A DNA stretch of 64,000 nucleotides from Vicugna vicugna (lineage: Eukaryota), in NCBI GenBank assembly GCA_013265495.1, contig MU058444.1, positions 2,666,001-2,730,000 of the forward strand, written 5' to 3'. Position numbers and translations under genes: made by a program. The first letter of the stretch is position 1. Each line of letters starts with the position of its first letter. Shown one piece after another: positions 1 through 13,394 of this stretch. The notes under the pieces are model-generated. The model was given only the letters and a program-made list of their open reading frames with translations. It was not told where the DNA came from and did not search any database.

Positions 1-168
1 TTCAGCCAGGAAAGGATCCATGAAGTGGGTGGGAAAGGGTATCAGAATTTAGGGTAGGAAGAGGAGGCCCTCATTGTGAACCAAGAGTCAGACCTGAAGG
101 CCCCTTTTATTGCCAGGTGCGTGTGGGGGACTGTGCTGGGTCCCCAGGCAGGGCCTGATACATGCATT

Positions 169-217
169 ACAGACGGTAACAGACGGTTACAGATGGTAAC
201 AGACGGTACAGACGGTT
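169..217. repeat. Short tandem repeat, about 5 x 10-bp unit ACAGACGGTA
   Basis: agacggtaac agacggttac agatggtaac agacggtac agacggtt read directly. Confidence 0.9.
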
Positions 218-369
218 GTGACTGCCTGTCGCGTTTGTTCTGCTGCCCAGAAGGGTTAAATTATCATCTGTGAAACCTAACGCCAACTCACTGAAGCCAC
301 AGTACTAGACTTTTAGCTTCCAGAATGGTTTAAAATCTTTCAAGTCCCGTCTCAAGAAGAACTTGACTA

Positions 370-497
370 GGGAGGTATATCTCAGTGGCAGAGGGCATGC
401 TTAGCATGTACAAGGTCCTGGGTTCAATCCCCAGTACCTCCATCGAGTAAATAAACCTAATTACTTCCCTCTTCCAAAACAGAAAAAAACGAGAAAA
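370..497 (+). mobile_element. tRNA-Ala-derived SINE (Vic-1-like)
   Basis: tRNA-like head with A and B boxes (ctcagtggcagag; ggttcaatcccc), then taaataaacctaattac and an A-rich tail; the same body recurs 6 times in the window. Confidence 0.85.
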
Positions 498-1361
498 GAG
501 GAAGGACTGGAACTTGTAAAGATTTTTATATGGGGGAAACCACATGTTAGGGCTGGAAAATCTTACTGCTTCCTTGACTGGTTTTTTCTCTCTCTGTCTC
601 TCTAACTTCTGGAAACTGCATTCCCTAGGTCTGGGAGGAAAAGTTAATCTCCGCTTCTCTCCTCTGCAATTTCCAGAGAGAGTAGTTGGCTTTTAAGCTG
701 TAGGGAAACAGTTTAGGGAAATACTGGAGAACTTTCTGTCAGCATTTTGAACACGGAAACCTTTTGTGGGTGAGTAACTGCAGTGCCCTTAGGAGAATTT
801 CCAGGAATTTGTGACTGTTTGATTCACCTACCCCAGGCAAGATGCAGTCATCCCCTTTCTGGAGAACTATATGACTAGACAGAGGTAAATTTCTCTTCGC
901 ACATAGGGACTTAGGGGAAGATGGGGTGGGCTCAAGGGGAAGTAATGAATATGATGAATGAAATTAGCATCATTCAAAAAAATGTTTGAGGCTGGACTCA
1001 GTGCCAGGCCTGTGCTGAGCTCCAAAGTGGACAGTGACACAGAGCTGTGTCCTCAGGGAGCTGGCCGACAAGTGGGTGAGACATTTCCATGTGCAGCTGG
1101 AGCTGACTGGGAGTCAGGGAAGGTCTGAGCTGAATCCCGAGGGAGGGGTCCTTGATCAAGGGAAGGCATGGGGAAAGGGCATTCACACTGCAGACCGTGC
1201 TATACACACGAGGTGGGCTGGGGCCTGCGGGTGGCTCAGGATGACCAGCAAGGAAGCAGAAGATGAGCTGAAGAGGGAGGCAGAGCCCAGCTGTCATGAG
1301 GTCCCTCATCCTCTGCCCTGAGACAGCCCTCATCTTCTCCAGGGAGATGGCGGGGTGAGGG

Positions 1362-1399
1362 NNNNNNNNNNNNNNNNNNNNNNNNNNNNNNNNNNNNNN
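1362..1399. other. Assembly gap (38 N) in a G-rich tract
   Basis: Run of n flanked by ggggtgaggg and gtgggggtgggggg. Confidence 0.99.
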
Positions 1400-2821
1400 G
1401 TGGGGGTGGGGGGAGGTCCTGGGTGAGACGGTGAGCTTTCGCAAGGCTTCATTTCTTTCATATTTATATTTTCTCTTACGAAATTAAAAAATTCTCATTG
1501 GAGAAAAGTTGAAAGTGAGCAATGTGGAAAGAGAAATGCAAAATCTTGAATCCGACCACACAGATAACAGTCGCTGTCTGTTTTGGTGTATTTGGTACGT
1601 AACTTTGGACATGTCTGTGATCATTTTTTAGATAAAGTGATGTTTTCCCGTTTTCCTTAATATGAATTCCAGGACACATCCTTGCTTTCTATTCTTTTTA
1701 GTAATACAATTAAAAATGTGAAATTGTGTTAGAGTCATAGATGATTTCTGAGGGCCGCGCAAGGGTTCTGGCGCGTCCTTCACCCAGCTCTTCCCAACAT
1801 TAGCATTTTTATTTCAATCCCTCACTCATCTCTCCATCAACATGTATTTACCTCCCTCATATTTCCACTAAGTTTTCTAAAATGACTGATAACTAAACTG
1901 GAACACTGGCCTGTAGAACTGTGGATGTTCCCAGCCTGAAACATCATTGTCCTGGGACAGGGGTCTCCTGGAGTCACCACACACCCACCTGGAGGAGCGG
2001 GAATCGTGGGGAAAGCAGTGAGGGGTGGGGCCGGGCTCCTGGCGGATATGGGACTCCGGACGTGCTGCCTGGCCTAGTAGGAGAGCCATGAACATTGCTT
2101 CCAGATGAATTCTCACAAAGATGGTGATGAGTGATCTGCAGCTGTTTCTCCTTAGAGTTGAGAAAAGTAATAAAGCAGAGTGTCTGCATGGTCTCGGGCA
2201 GTTTAAGCCCTGAATCTGATCCAGCCTTCACTGGCATTGCTCAAAGCCAATATGAAATGATTTAGGATCTATTCTGAAGTCCTGGGTTAAATCACTTGGT
2301 CCTCACACATCATCCAAGGAAAACATCAAGTCCTGGAGGAAATCATCACTCATGATGGAAACAGACTGTCGCTAAGCCTCAGTCCTGGACCTTCTGGTCC
2401 TTCCTTTTCACCATCCAGTATGACGTCTTCCTTTAAAACACCCTGAGTCCTTATTTGTTCTCTTGGGGTCGTTTTCATGTTATGCTATGTGTGTGTCTGT
2501 GTATTTATTATATTGTACATTTTTTGAGAGGAAGCCAGAACATTTTTATTTAATTTTTGCATATTGCACAGTGCTCAGCACAGCACCTCGGTATTACGTG
2601 CTAAATAAAACTTTCATCATTTAAATTTATTGTCTCTATACCCTCTCTCTTGGAGAAGTCATGGAGTCTCACAGCTTCAATGAAAATGTTTTAGTACGTA
2701 CATTTAATACATCAATTCTGGGATCTCCAACTGCTTCCTGACTGGTTTTACTTTAATCATCTAATTTCACTGCCAATTGCAAAAGGCTAATATTGAAATA
2801 ATCCCCTCTTTCAGTTTCTTC

Positions 2822-3183
2822 CTGGGATGGGCTGAATTGTGTCTCCTTCAGATTCCAATGTTGGAGGCCCAACCCCTAGTATCTCGGAATGTGGCTATAT
2901 TTGGAGACAGGGTCCTTGAAGGGGTGAATAAAGCAAAATGAGATTCCATAGGTAGGACCTCATCTCCTATGACTGGTGTCCCTGTGAGAAGAGGAGATTA
3001 GGACACAGACAAGCACAGACAGAAGAGACGGCGGTTTACAGGCAAGGAGAGAGGCCTCAGAAGAACCAACCCTGCCGACACCTCAATTTTGGACTTTTTG
3101 CCTGCAGAACGGTGAGGGAATACATTTCTTCCTGAGTCCAGCCAGTCTGCGGTATGCTTTGGCGGCTCAAGCAAATGAACGCA
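2822..3183 (+). mobile_element. MaLR solo LTR (MLT1A/B-like)
   Basis: Typical MLT1 blocks: gggctgaattgtgtc, gaatgtggctatatttggagacagggtc, gagaggcctcagaagaaccaaccctgccgacacct; TG...CA ends. Confidence 0.85.
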
Positions 3184-4338
3184 CATCCTCCAGCTGGTTT
3201 CCCAGTGCACCTCCAGTCCTGCGCCCGCCAGCGCACCCTCAGGCACGCACGGCTGGAGGTCTCTTTCCCAGTTCCTCTTATCATCACTAAGCATCGTTTT
3301 GCACTTTCTTCCCCTGCACTGGCACTGCTGCTGTCGATCCTCAGTGTTGATTTGATCCTGATTTAATAGCCGTAACACGTTTCTCTTTCTACATGGACCT
3401 TGGTCTCCGATTTCTCTCTTACGATACGTGCCTATATGTACTCTGAGTGCAACTCACACTGGATGGCTGATGTCGGACCACATCTGTGCCCCTGTCGCTG
3501 CCTCTCCTGGGAGCGCCCTTTCTTCTCTTCTCCATGGGCTAGTAATTCGTGGATCCGGACATGTAAGGACATGCCTTCTTGCTAACCACGCATCTGACCT
3601 CTACTTTTGATGTTGGTGTATGTCCTTGACGCCCTAATCTCAGCCTCCTTGTTTGCCTTTTGTTCTTTTTCACACTAGCTATAATCTAAAGTGTTAAATT
3701 ACTATTGCATACCCCCGTAACCAAACAGGTGCTTCTCCATGATTAACATAGGGGCATGTTAAGAGTTTTGGGTTTCATCTCAGTCTTTGAGAGAGTCCTA
3801 TAACTTTTTTTTTCAACTTCAACTCTAAAGTGAGGATAACAGTTTAATTTCACTAGAGTATCATGAAGAAAAATACATGAAATATGTTAAAGACGTGTAA
3901 GGCCCTAAGACAGCAAGGTTCTGTGTCATCTGTTGCTGTTGGTTCTCTTGAAATTTCCCACACAGCCTTTTATTGCCACTGATGGTGTCTTCCCCAGCGC
4001 CTGGGAACCTCTTTGCGAGCCCAGATCGTGCGTCATGAGTGACTCTGCTTAAGGAGAAATGTGGTAGTTTATTTCACAAAGATATAGGGGCGAGGGGCAA
4101 ACTCCCTCTGCAGGAAGAAACGCTTGAAGATAAAGACAGTTGAAGCCAAAAGTAAAATTCTATTCAGGAGACGATTTCAACTAATGGACATTATACACCC
4201 TGTGGGTAAGTGTGTTTTCCTAACACATCCAAATGTTGGATAAGATAAGCCAGCTGCACTTTGCTGCCGAGTTTAGTGTCTGCGGTAACTCCTGGCAGGC
4301 ACACTTGAAGGCTGTACAGCTCAAAAGCTATTCATCAC

Positions 4339-4766
4339 GGGTTGGGGGTGGAAAGGGACAGGCTGGGAGTTCAAAATTTGTAGATACTGACAGGCATATG
4401 TAGACTAGATAAAGAAGGTTATACTGTATAGCACAGGGAAATATATACAAGATCTATTCATCACGGGTTGGGGGTGGAAAGGGACAGGCTGGGAGTTCAA
4501 AATTTGTAGATACTGACAGGCATATGTAGACTAGATAAAGAAGGTTATACTGTATAGCACAGGGAAATATATACAAGATCTTGTGATTGCTCACAGCGAA
4601 AAAAAATGTGACAATGAATATATGTATGTTCATGTATAACTGAAAAATTGTGCTGTACATTGGAATTTGACATGACATTGTAAAATGACTATAACTGAAT
4701 AAAAAATGTAAAAAAAATGGGTAACAATAAAGGGTATGTCTTATAGTGAAAAAAAAGGCAATTAAA
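4339..4766 (+). mobile_element. 5'-truncated lineage-specific L1 3' UTR with 16-bp TSD, internal tandem duplication and extra 3' tail
   Basis: TSD aaaagctattcatcac at 4323-4338 and 4767-4782; body carries the tactgtatagcacagggaa motif shared with other L1 3' ends here. Confidence 0.85.
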
Positions 4767-5094
4767 AAAAGCTATTCATCACACTGCTAACATGTGTGTC
4801 ATTAAAAGTTAAAGATGTCATCTGTATTCTGATTTTAAGTACCTTTTGTGTGTTGTTAATTACCCAAGTAATACTTGTACACATTTTTGTTGTGTCTAGT
4901 TTAAATGATTATCAAAATACACAGTGAAATATTAAAGTTTCCCTCCATTACATCTCATTCATCCAATCTCACTTTTCCACCTGTAGGCCAATTTTAACCA
5001 AAAACAACCCCAAAATAAAGATTGAGTACAAGTAAGTTATCAATATTAAAATATCCTATAAAGATGACAAATAAGTAATTTTTAACAAATGGTC

Positions 5095-5517
5095 CAACTT
5101 TCAAGAAGGTAATTTGGCAAAAACATCAAAATGTCAACATGCATATTCTTTGACTCAGCAATTTCAGTTCAAAGAAATAGGCCATTATACAAAGATGACT
5201 ATAGAATGAAAAGAAGACTATTCATTGCAATGTAGTTAGTACTAGTGAAAATCTAGACGTGATTTAATGTAAGGAAATTGGTTAAATATATTATGGTATA
5301 GTCATTCAACAAGTAACATAGAGTCATTAAAGATGACGTAGTGCTACATTTATTGATAGGAAGAGAGGTCCACAATATGTAACTAAATGAGCAAAGGCAG
5401 ACGCAAAAGGCTTTATAAAGTATGATCACATTTATAAATATTTATATGTAAATATACATGTATAAGCCCACATTATACATATATAAATAAACTTTAAGCA
5501 TTTATGTAAATCCATTA
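5095..5517 (+). mobile_element. Ancient L1M(E)-type 3' fragment, continued at about 8743-8875
   Basis: Degenerate ORF2-end/3' UTR motifs (gcatattctttgactcagcaatttca; ggttaaatatattatggtat); resumes after the nested L1. Confidence 0.6.
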
Positions 5518-5528
5518 AAAATACATGG

Positions 5529-8500
5529 AGGCACAGGCGGCCAAGATGGTGGAGTAGGAAGACCCTGAACTCACTTCCTCCCATGGGCACACCAAAATTA
5601 CAACTACTTACAGAGCAACTATCTATGAAATGACCGAAGACCAGCAGAAAAGACTCTCCACAGTTAAAGACATAAAGAAGGAACCACAATGAGATAGGTA
5701 GGAGGGCTGGAGACGTGGTCTAGTTGAGACTGACACCTTCGGGGAGGTGATGTACAAATGGGAGGGCTATCATAGTTGCAGAGTTTCTCCCCAGGGAGCA
5801 AGGGGTCTGAGCCCCACGCTGGGCTCCTTAGCCCAGGGGTTCTAATTGGAGGATGAGCTCACAGAACACTTGCTTTGAAAGCCAGCGGGGCTTATGTTTG
5901 GAGAGCTGGAGCCATGTAAGAAACAGAGACCCTGCTCTCAAAGGGCATGTTCAAAATCTGACACACTTTCCAGTTCCAAAAACTGAAGAGTAAGGAATGC
6001 TTTCGAGCTCATTCTAGGACAGCATTACCCTGATACCCAAATCAAAGACACCACAGAAAAAGAAAATTACAGGCCAATATCATTGATGAACAAAGATGCA
6101 AAAACCCTCAACAAAATGTTACCAAGTGAATTCAACAATATATTAAAAGGATTATACACCATGATCAAGTGGAATTCATCCCAGGGATGCAAGGATGGTT
6201 GAACATCTGCAATTCAATCAACACAAAGCACCATATTAAGAAATTGAAGAATAAAAATCACATGATCATCTCAATATATGCAGAAAAATCTTTTTACAAA
6301 ATTCAACATCCATTTATGATAAAAACTCTCAAAAAAGTAGGTATAGAGGAAACACACCTCAACATAATAAAGGCTATATATGACAGACATACAGCCAGCA
6401 TGATACTCAATGGTGAAAAGCCAAAAGCATTTCTTCTAAGACCAGGAGCAAGACAAAGATGTAGACTCTTGCCACTTTTATTCAACATGGTACTGGACGT
6501 TGTAGCTACAGCAATCAGACAAGAAAGTGAAATAAAAGGAATTCAAATTGGAAAGGAAGAAGTAAAACTGTGACTGTTGGCAGATGACATCATACTGCCC
6601 ATAGAAAATCTTAAAGATACTCTCAAAAAATGATTAGAACTAATAATTAAATTGAGAAAAGTGGCAGGATACACAATTAATATTCAGAAAATTGTTGCAT
6701 TTCTATTCACTAACAATGAATTATCAGAAAGAGAAATTAAGAAAACAACCTCCAATATCTTGTAGTAATGTATAATGGAAAAGAATATGAAAAGGAATAT
6801 ATATATATATATATTTGACTGAAACATTATGCTGTACACCAGAAACTGACACATTGTAAATTAATATACTTCAATTAAAAAAAAGAAAACAATCTCAGTT
6901 ATAATTGTATCAATAAGAATAAAATACCTAGGAATGACTCTAACTAAGGAGATAAAAGACCTGTACTCAGAAAACTATAAGACCCTGATGAAAGAAATTG
7001 AAAATGACATAGCTATATGGAAAGATACACTGTGTTCATGGATTGGGAGAATTAATAGTGTTAAAGTCACTATACTACTCAAGGTAATCTACAGTTCAGT
7101 TCAAGCCCTATCAAAATAACAATGGCACCAATGGCATTTTTCACAGAATTAGAACAAATAATTCTAAAATTTGTATTGAAACACAGAAGATCCTGAGTAG
7201 CCAAAGCAATCTTGAGAAAGAAGGACAAAGCCCTGATTTCAAACTACACTACAAAGCTACAGTAATCAAAACAGCATGGTACTGGCACAAAAACAGACAC
7301 ACAGATCAATGGAACAGAATAGAGAGCCCAGAAATGAACCCACACTTACATGGTTAAGTTAACATATGACAAAGGAGGCAAGAATATTACAATGGGGGAA
7401 AAGACAGCCTCTTCAATAAATGGTGTTGGGAAAACTAAACAGCTACCTACAAAAGAATCAAACTGGACTACTTTCTCACACCATGTACAAAAAAAAAAAA
7501 ACCTTAAAATGGATAAAAGACTTAAATGTAAGACCTGAAATCATTAAACTCCTAGAAGAAAACATAGGCAGTTTTCTCTTTCATGTTGGTCTTAGGATTA
7601 TTTTTTTGGATATGTCACCTCCCTCAAGGGAAACAAAAGCAAAAATAAACAAATGGGACTACCTCAAGCCAAAAAGTTTTTACACAGTTAAGGAATCTAT
7701 CAACAAAACAAAAAGTGGCCTACTGAATGGGAGAAGATATTTGCAAAGAATATCTGATAAGGAGTTAATATTCAAAACATACTAAGAACCCATCCAACTC
7801 AACATCAAAAAAACAAATAACCAGATTTAAAAATGAACAGAGACCTACATAGGCATTTTTCCTAAGAAGACATACAGACGGCCAGAAGGTATGTGAAAGG
7901 TTGCTCTTCATCACTAATCATCAGGGAAATGCAAGTCAAAACCACAATGAGATGTCACCTCACACCCATCAGAATGTCTATTATGAAAAAGACAACAAAT
8001 AACAAATAAAGGATGTGGAGAAAAGAGAACCCTTGTGCACCACTATGGGACTGTAAATTGATGCAGGCACTATGTAAGACAGTATGGAGTTTCTTAAAAA
8101 ATTTAAACTAGAATTGCCATGTCATCCAGCAATGTCACTTCTGGGTTTTTACCCGAAGGAAAAATCTCCACTAATTTGAAAAAATAAATGCACCCCAATA
8201 TTCATTGCAGCATTATTAACAATAGCTAAGATATGGAAGGAATCTACGTGTCCATTATAGATGAATGGATAAGGAAGATGTGACACACATATACATATAA
8301 CGAATATTACTCAGCCATAGCAAATTATATCCTCCCATTTGTGACAACATGGATAGCTCTAAAGGGTATTACGTTAAGTTAGTCAGACAGAGAAAGGCAA
8401 ATACCATGTGACCTCACTTATGTGTGGAATCTAAGAAACAAAACAGAGTTATATACACAGAGGATAAATAGGTGGTTGCCCGGGGTCGGGGAGGCGAGTG

Positions 8501-8731
8501 AAATAAGGGAAGCGATTAAGGGGTACAAACCTCTTGTTATATAGCAGATAGTCTCAGGGGTGTAATATACAGCATAAGGAATATGGTCAATAATATTGCA
8601 GTAGCTTTGTATAGGGACAGATGGTTACTAGAATTAAGTAGTGATCACTTCATAATGTATGCAAATATCAAATCACTATGTAATATACCTGAAACTAACA
8701 CAATATTGTGTGTCAACTATAATTCAATCAG
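5529..8731 (+). mobile_element. Internally deleted L1 (5' UTR joined to ORF2 RT region through 3' UTR), decayed
   Basis: 5' UTR start ggccaagatggtggagtaggaagac; ORF2 remnants ([29 protein letters not shown] at about 6575-6590, [13 protein letters not shown]) with stops and frameshifts; near-TSD aaaatacatgg 5518-5528 / aaaatgcatgg 8732-8742. Confidence 0.9.
6751..6882 (+). mobile_element. Short L1 3' end nested in the L1 above
   Basis: TSD aagaaaacaacc 6739-6750 / aagaaaacaatc 6883-6894; ends tatacttcaattaaaaaaa. Confidence 0.85.
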
Positions 8732-9491
8732 AAAATGCATGGGAGTGAAATACAATAATTTAATAGTAGTTATTTCCAGGTGGTAGACTGTTAGGATTTT
8801 TTAATTTTGTCATTTTTATAGCAACTTAATTTTTATAATAAAGACATATCACCTTTATAATCAAAAACAGAAGAAACTCTTACTTTTTTTGTTTTAAAAA
8901 ATTAGTAGAATTCTAGTTTAAACAATTTCCCTTAAGTCGTCTATTCAAGAGTTGTTTGTTTCTTCCCCCAGCTGGTGTGTGGAAATGCTGCCAACATTTC
9001 CGGTGCCAATAATTCCCTCTACACATCAAATACATCTCCATTCTGAAGCAAGACTATCTTTTATCAACAAGAAGTGGATTTTGTAAAAATAACAGTTCGG
9101 ATGGGGAACATCTGATCCAGGGCGTAGAGATTTAGCCAGCAGCATACTGCCATTTTATTTTGGAGTGAATTAGTCTACATTAATTCTAAAGAAAAAGAGC
9201 TCTAAATTTCTTTTCTGCCAAAAGAAATACTTGGCATGAGAAAAGGCCAGTTATATATTTGGTTGATAGCATGTCGTGGTTAGAATGATAAATCCTTAGC
9301 TTTGTTCTTGATGAACTGACTGATTTTAGGGAAATGAGAAGAAAGTGCTTGGGGTGGGGGATAAAAGAAAACACACATTTTGCAGACACTGACAGAAGGA
9401 CTATTTCTCTCCTTGCTTTTCTTCTCTTCTGGGTGGCAATTCTTATTTGCCAAAATCCTGGGCTCATCACATGAACAGATCCACAGGCACC

Positions 9492-9695
9492 TTGACTCCT
9501 TATGGTTACCAGGGGAAAGGGGTGGGAAGGGATAAACTGGGGAGTTCCAGATTTGCAAATGTTAACCACTATATATAAAAATAGATTAAAAAACACATTT
9601 CTTCTGTATAGCACAGGAAACTATATTCAATATCTTGTAATAACTTTTACAATGAAAAAGAATATGGCTAAGACATAGATACATACATATAAAAC
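9492..9695 (+). mobile_element. L1 3' UTR fragment
   Basis: ggttaccaggggaaaggggtgggaagggataaactgg...ctgtatagcacagg motif. Confidence 0.8.
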
Positions 9696-12600
9696 GTGTT
9701 AGTGATCAAAGTATTATCTTGATCTCTCAAAGTCATAATTACTAAACACATTTTCTTAATATTTTGTAAATCCATTAGGGTTAATGGATGTTCTAAACAA
9801 CCTTGAGCCATTTAGAAGCCTGCTTTTAAGTAACAACCTTGTTTCCTTGTTTATCTCCCACAAAATAAATATTCCAAAGGCCTGGTACTTCCATCCCTAA
9901 GCCAATACGTTCTGGAAATAACTCAGTCATAAAAGCCCATTATCTCTAATTCAAACAAAATAATTACTGGGGCAGAAAGTAACAGTCGATTTTAAAATGT
10001 TAAATTGATTTAAAATTTCTAACTTGTTAGAAGTGTTTTAAATGACTGTGGGAAGCATTTATCCTGAGTAGCATTGTAAATCAAAAGGTTTATGGGTAAC
10101 CTTAATTCTGATTAGATTTCCTCAAACTTGAGTAATGGAAAGAAGCCCTTAAAAGGAAGAAATTATTGGGGCTACCCAGAGTTGATGTACACCATTTTGA
10201 CATTGTTGTCTTGTTGTGATAGTGTGTAGAGCTTAGATGTGTAGAGCTAAGATGCCCACAAAAACCTCAGTCCCTTTACATGTTAAACACCAACAAAATT
10301 GTAAAGTTGATGCAATTCTGGTGAACAATATTAACTTAATTTGCTAGATGATATTTTGTTGAAATTAAAGAGCATATGTTGAGGTTAATTCTAGAAAGAT
10401 TTAGTCACTTGTTTACTTAATGTTTTTCACTTTGAGCACAGTGGACCATCATCTGAATCACTTTCATTACCACAGCTGGTTTTTCATTTCCTTATGTTTT
10501 AATATTGAGTTTGTTTTAACCACCACAGTTGATTGGCGGACCACGTAAGTTAATTGTTCACTGCAATACAGGAGAGAAAAATTTAGGAATGACACCAACT
10601 GAAAAATCCTTCATTCTAGGATGACTTCTATATATATGGTGTGTGGACATGACTACTTTTTAAAAAATCCTTTTAAGCTTATCATTAAAAAAATGGAAGG
10701 AAAAATGGAAGGGGGAAAAAATAGAAATTATAGTTGAATGGAAGAACCCCAGTGATTCAACTGCTTTGAGAAATCCTGGGTTAGATCACATAAAGGGAAT
10801 TACCATGAAAACTATAATGTGCTCCATAAATGCTTGTACTTTTATTACTAGGAAACAAATAAAGTTGGAAAAGTCTGGAGCTAATATAATATAAAAAAAT
10901 TGGATTAACTCTACATAGTAGACAGAAAATTCCCACAGTGAAGTTCATTAAATTGAGTTTCCAGGAAAACAGCTGCTCCTTATCCTTCCCTGGAAAGGGG
11001 GCAAAACAACCTAATTCTTTCATAAATCTACTCTGGGGAAGCCTGATCTTGGGTCTGGGAGTGGCCTGTGTGGCCTGAGTGTGTGGGTTGGGTGAGGAGG
11101 AGGTGGGGTTGCACGTCCCCACGAAAGAGGCTGGAGCATTTGGTTTGGGGTGACTGCATGTGCCTTAGGAAGGCCCCTTTCCTGTCCTTACAATGACCCC
11201 GGACATTGCTCCTGGGACACTGAGATCAGTCAGGGTGAGGCAGATTTCTTTTTATTTTTAAATTTCCACTTTCTGAAATGTTAAAACCATTTTCTAGCTG
11301 AGAACGCTAAGCTTTCGGACGTGATGAGCTGTTGGCTTGTCAAGTTGGAATTAAATCTTGGCCTCACACCTGGATCGTATTGACACCTACTTCAGTTTCC
11401 TAAAACCAAGCCAGCTGAGAGAAAATATTTTGATGGGGAATTTCAATGGGAAAGCCAAAGTCTAGAGTGAAAACACATCTCCTGCGAAGGATTACGTCAT
11501 AAAGCATTTGAGACCCATCTGGAATCGGGGATAAATTCAGAAGAGTTCAGTTCAGTTCAGCAGACAGCTCTGGAGTCTCTGTTCTGTGCTGGGGACAGGG
11601 GCAGGAATGCAGGTGGCTTGGTGTCCAGGAGCTCAAGGGCTACTAACCGGTGTCATATTAAAAATCTAAATATTCAGAGGAGTTTGGGCCCAAAGAACAA
11701 TGCTGCCAAGATCTAGGTGAATTCATGCAAAATAACCAATTCATTTTAGAAGTTCCCATTAGCAGGCCGCACGGATAGTACATGGACAATGCCATCAGTG
11801 ACAGAGCATGTAACAAATTGTGTCTGAGGGTCATTCCTTGATTATTTACATTCTTTTCTTATGCCCCCTTCCTTTTAATACCGAAAGATGATTCTAAATT
11901 GATGGGTCTAGCTCAGTGACTCCAGTCAGCTTAAATTTAAATAGAGAGGAATAAGGGACATTCTACTGAAATGTTAGGCCCCAAATTGGGTTGTGTGCTG
12001 ATCTAAAATAGATATTTCTTACAATCTTTGGATGCTCTGAATGATTAGTACTGTAATAAAACACAGTACTAATGAAGAATGTGCTGGCATCAATAATTAG
12101 TACTGTCAGTGAAATAAATTCTGCCCAAAATTAATCTGGCATGGAGCAATAGAATGCCTAAAGTTATGGTACATAGGAAGTTATCCATAACTGGTAAGTG
12201 GTGCTCGTAAATACCAGTGTTGAAAATACTTCCACACGGCTAATCCGAGGTCAGATTTTTTTTTCCGTGCTCTTGACTAGTCTCCTGTTTGTATAAACAG
12301 CACCAGGAGTAAACGGCTTTACTAGATACTATGTTCATTGTGAATTCAATCCACACCCATTTCCCCTCCACCCCCAGACTCAGTTACCACACAGATAAAC
12401 TCAAAGCAGAAGTACTGGGGTAAGCCCCGTATAGTTCCTATCCCACGTCTGCGCCTTCCACCCTGGGCTGATTCAGGATTCTGTGCTCTGGTCCAGACTC
12501 TGTAGCTCGAGTGAGAGGGTCAGGCTAGTACTCTACCTCCTCACTGCTCCCTGCAGGTGTCTCCAGGTGCTCAGTGCGGGGAGCTCAGGCCATCACCCTC

Positions 12601-13394
12601 CAGGTCATTGTAGCAAGGGGTGGATTACAGTGCCACGTGGGGGTGAGGATCTGGGCAAGGGTGGTGAGTGTCAGTACAAAGCACCTGTGGATGTGGGCAA
12701 CTGAGTAGTTCAGAGACAAGGGAGACAGGTGGACAGGAGGAGGGCTTGGGGTGCCAGGCGACTGGTTCCAGGACCTCGGGCAGAAGGCAGGGGACCTCAG
12801 ATGTGAACATTTGACTGCAGGAAATCCCCACACCTTCTGCTGACTGTCCATGCTCTGAAACCTCAGTCCCTCCTATGGCGTCAGACCTGTCTTGGGTACA
12901 ACAGGAGAGAAGGAAGAGGACATAAGGGTATGGAGGGCGGGAAGTGGGGATGAGGTGTGGGGTGGAGGGAGTAGGAAATGGGAGTGAAAACTACACCAAA
13001 AATTTCCCAAAGGGATTCTGAGAGGAGGATGACTGATCATGCTCTCCTGTTCCATGTCCCTGCTGGTTATTCCTTTCCTTTTTAAATTTCCACTACACAC
13101 ACACATACTGCTTAAAGAAGAATGTTAAAAGGAAAGTTCATGTACTCGCTGTTGAGCATAAGCACCGGAATACCAGAACCTCCATTCGAAGCGCCACGTG
13201 TCCCCAACAGCGTGCCCTCTCCCCTCCCCGCAGAGTTAACCACTGTCTTGAACTTGTGTAAATTTCTCTCTTGCTTTTCTGATCATTTCCCTCTGCAGTA
13301 TGTATCCCTGAACAATATATTATTTCACTTTTTTTTTAAAGCTTTCATATAAATGCTGACTTGTATCCGTAAGGGTCCAACAAGAGACAGATGG

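Noticed and set aside
169..217. Regular repeats as a CRISPR-like array
   Set aside because: Head-to-tail 10-bp units without spacers in a mammalian genome.
998..1444. 148-aa ORF on minus strand
   Set aside because: Spans the N gap and has no recognisable homology.
6169..7785. Reverse-transcriptase-like ORFs as a novel RT system
   Set aside because: Ordinary decayed L1 ORF2 with multiple stops and frameshifts.
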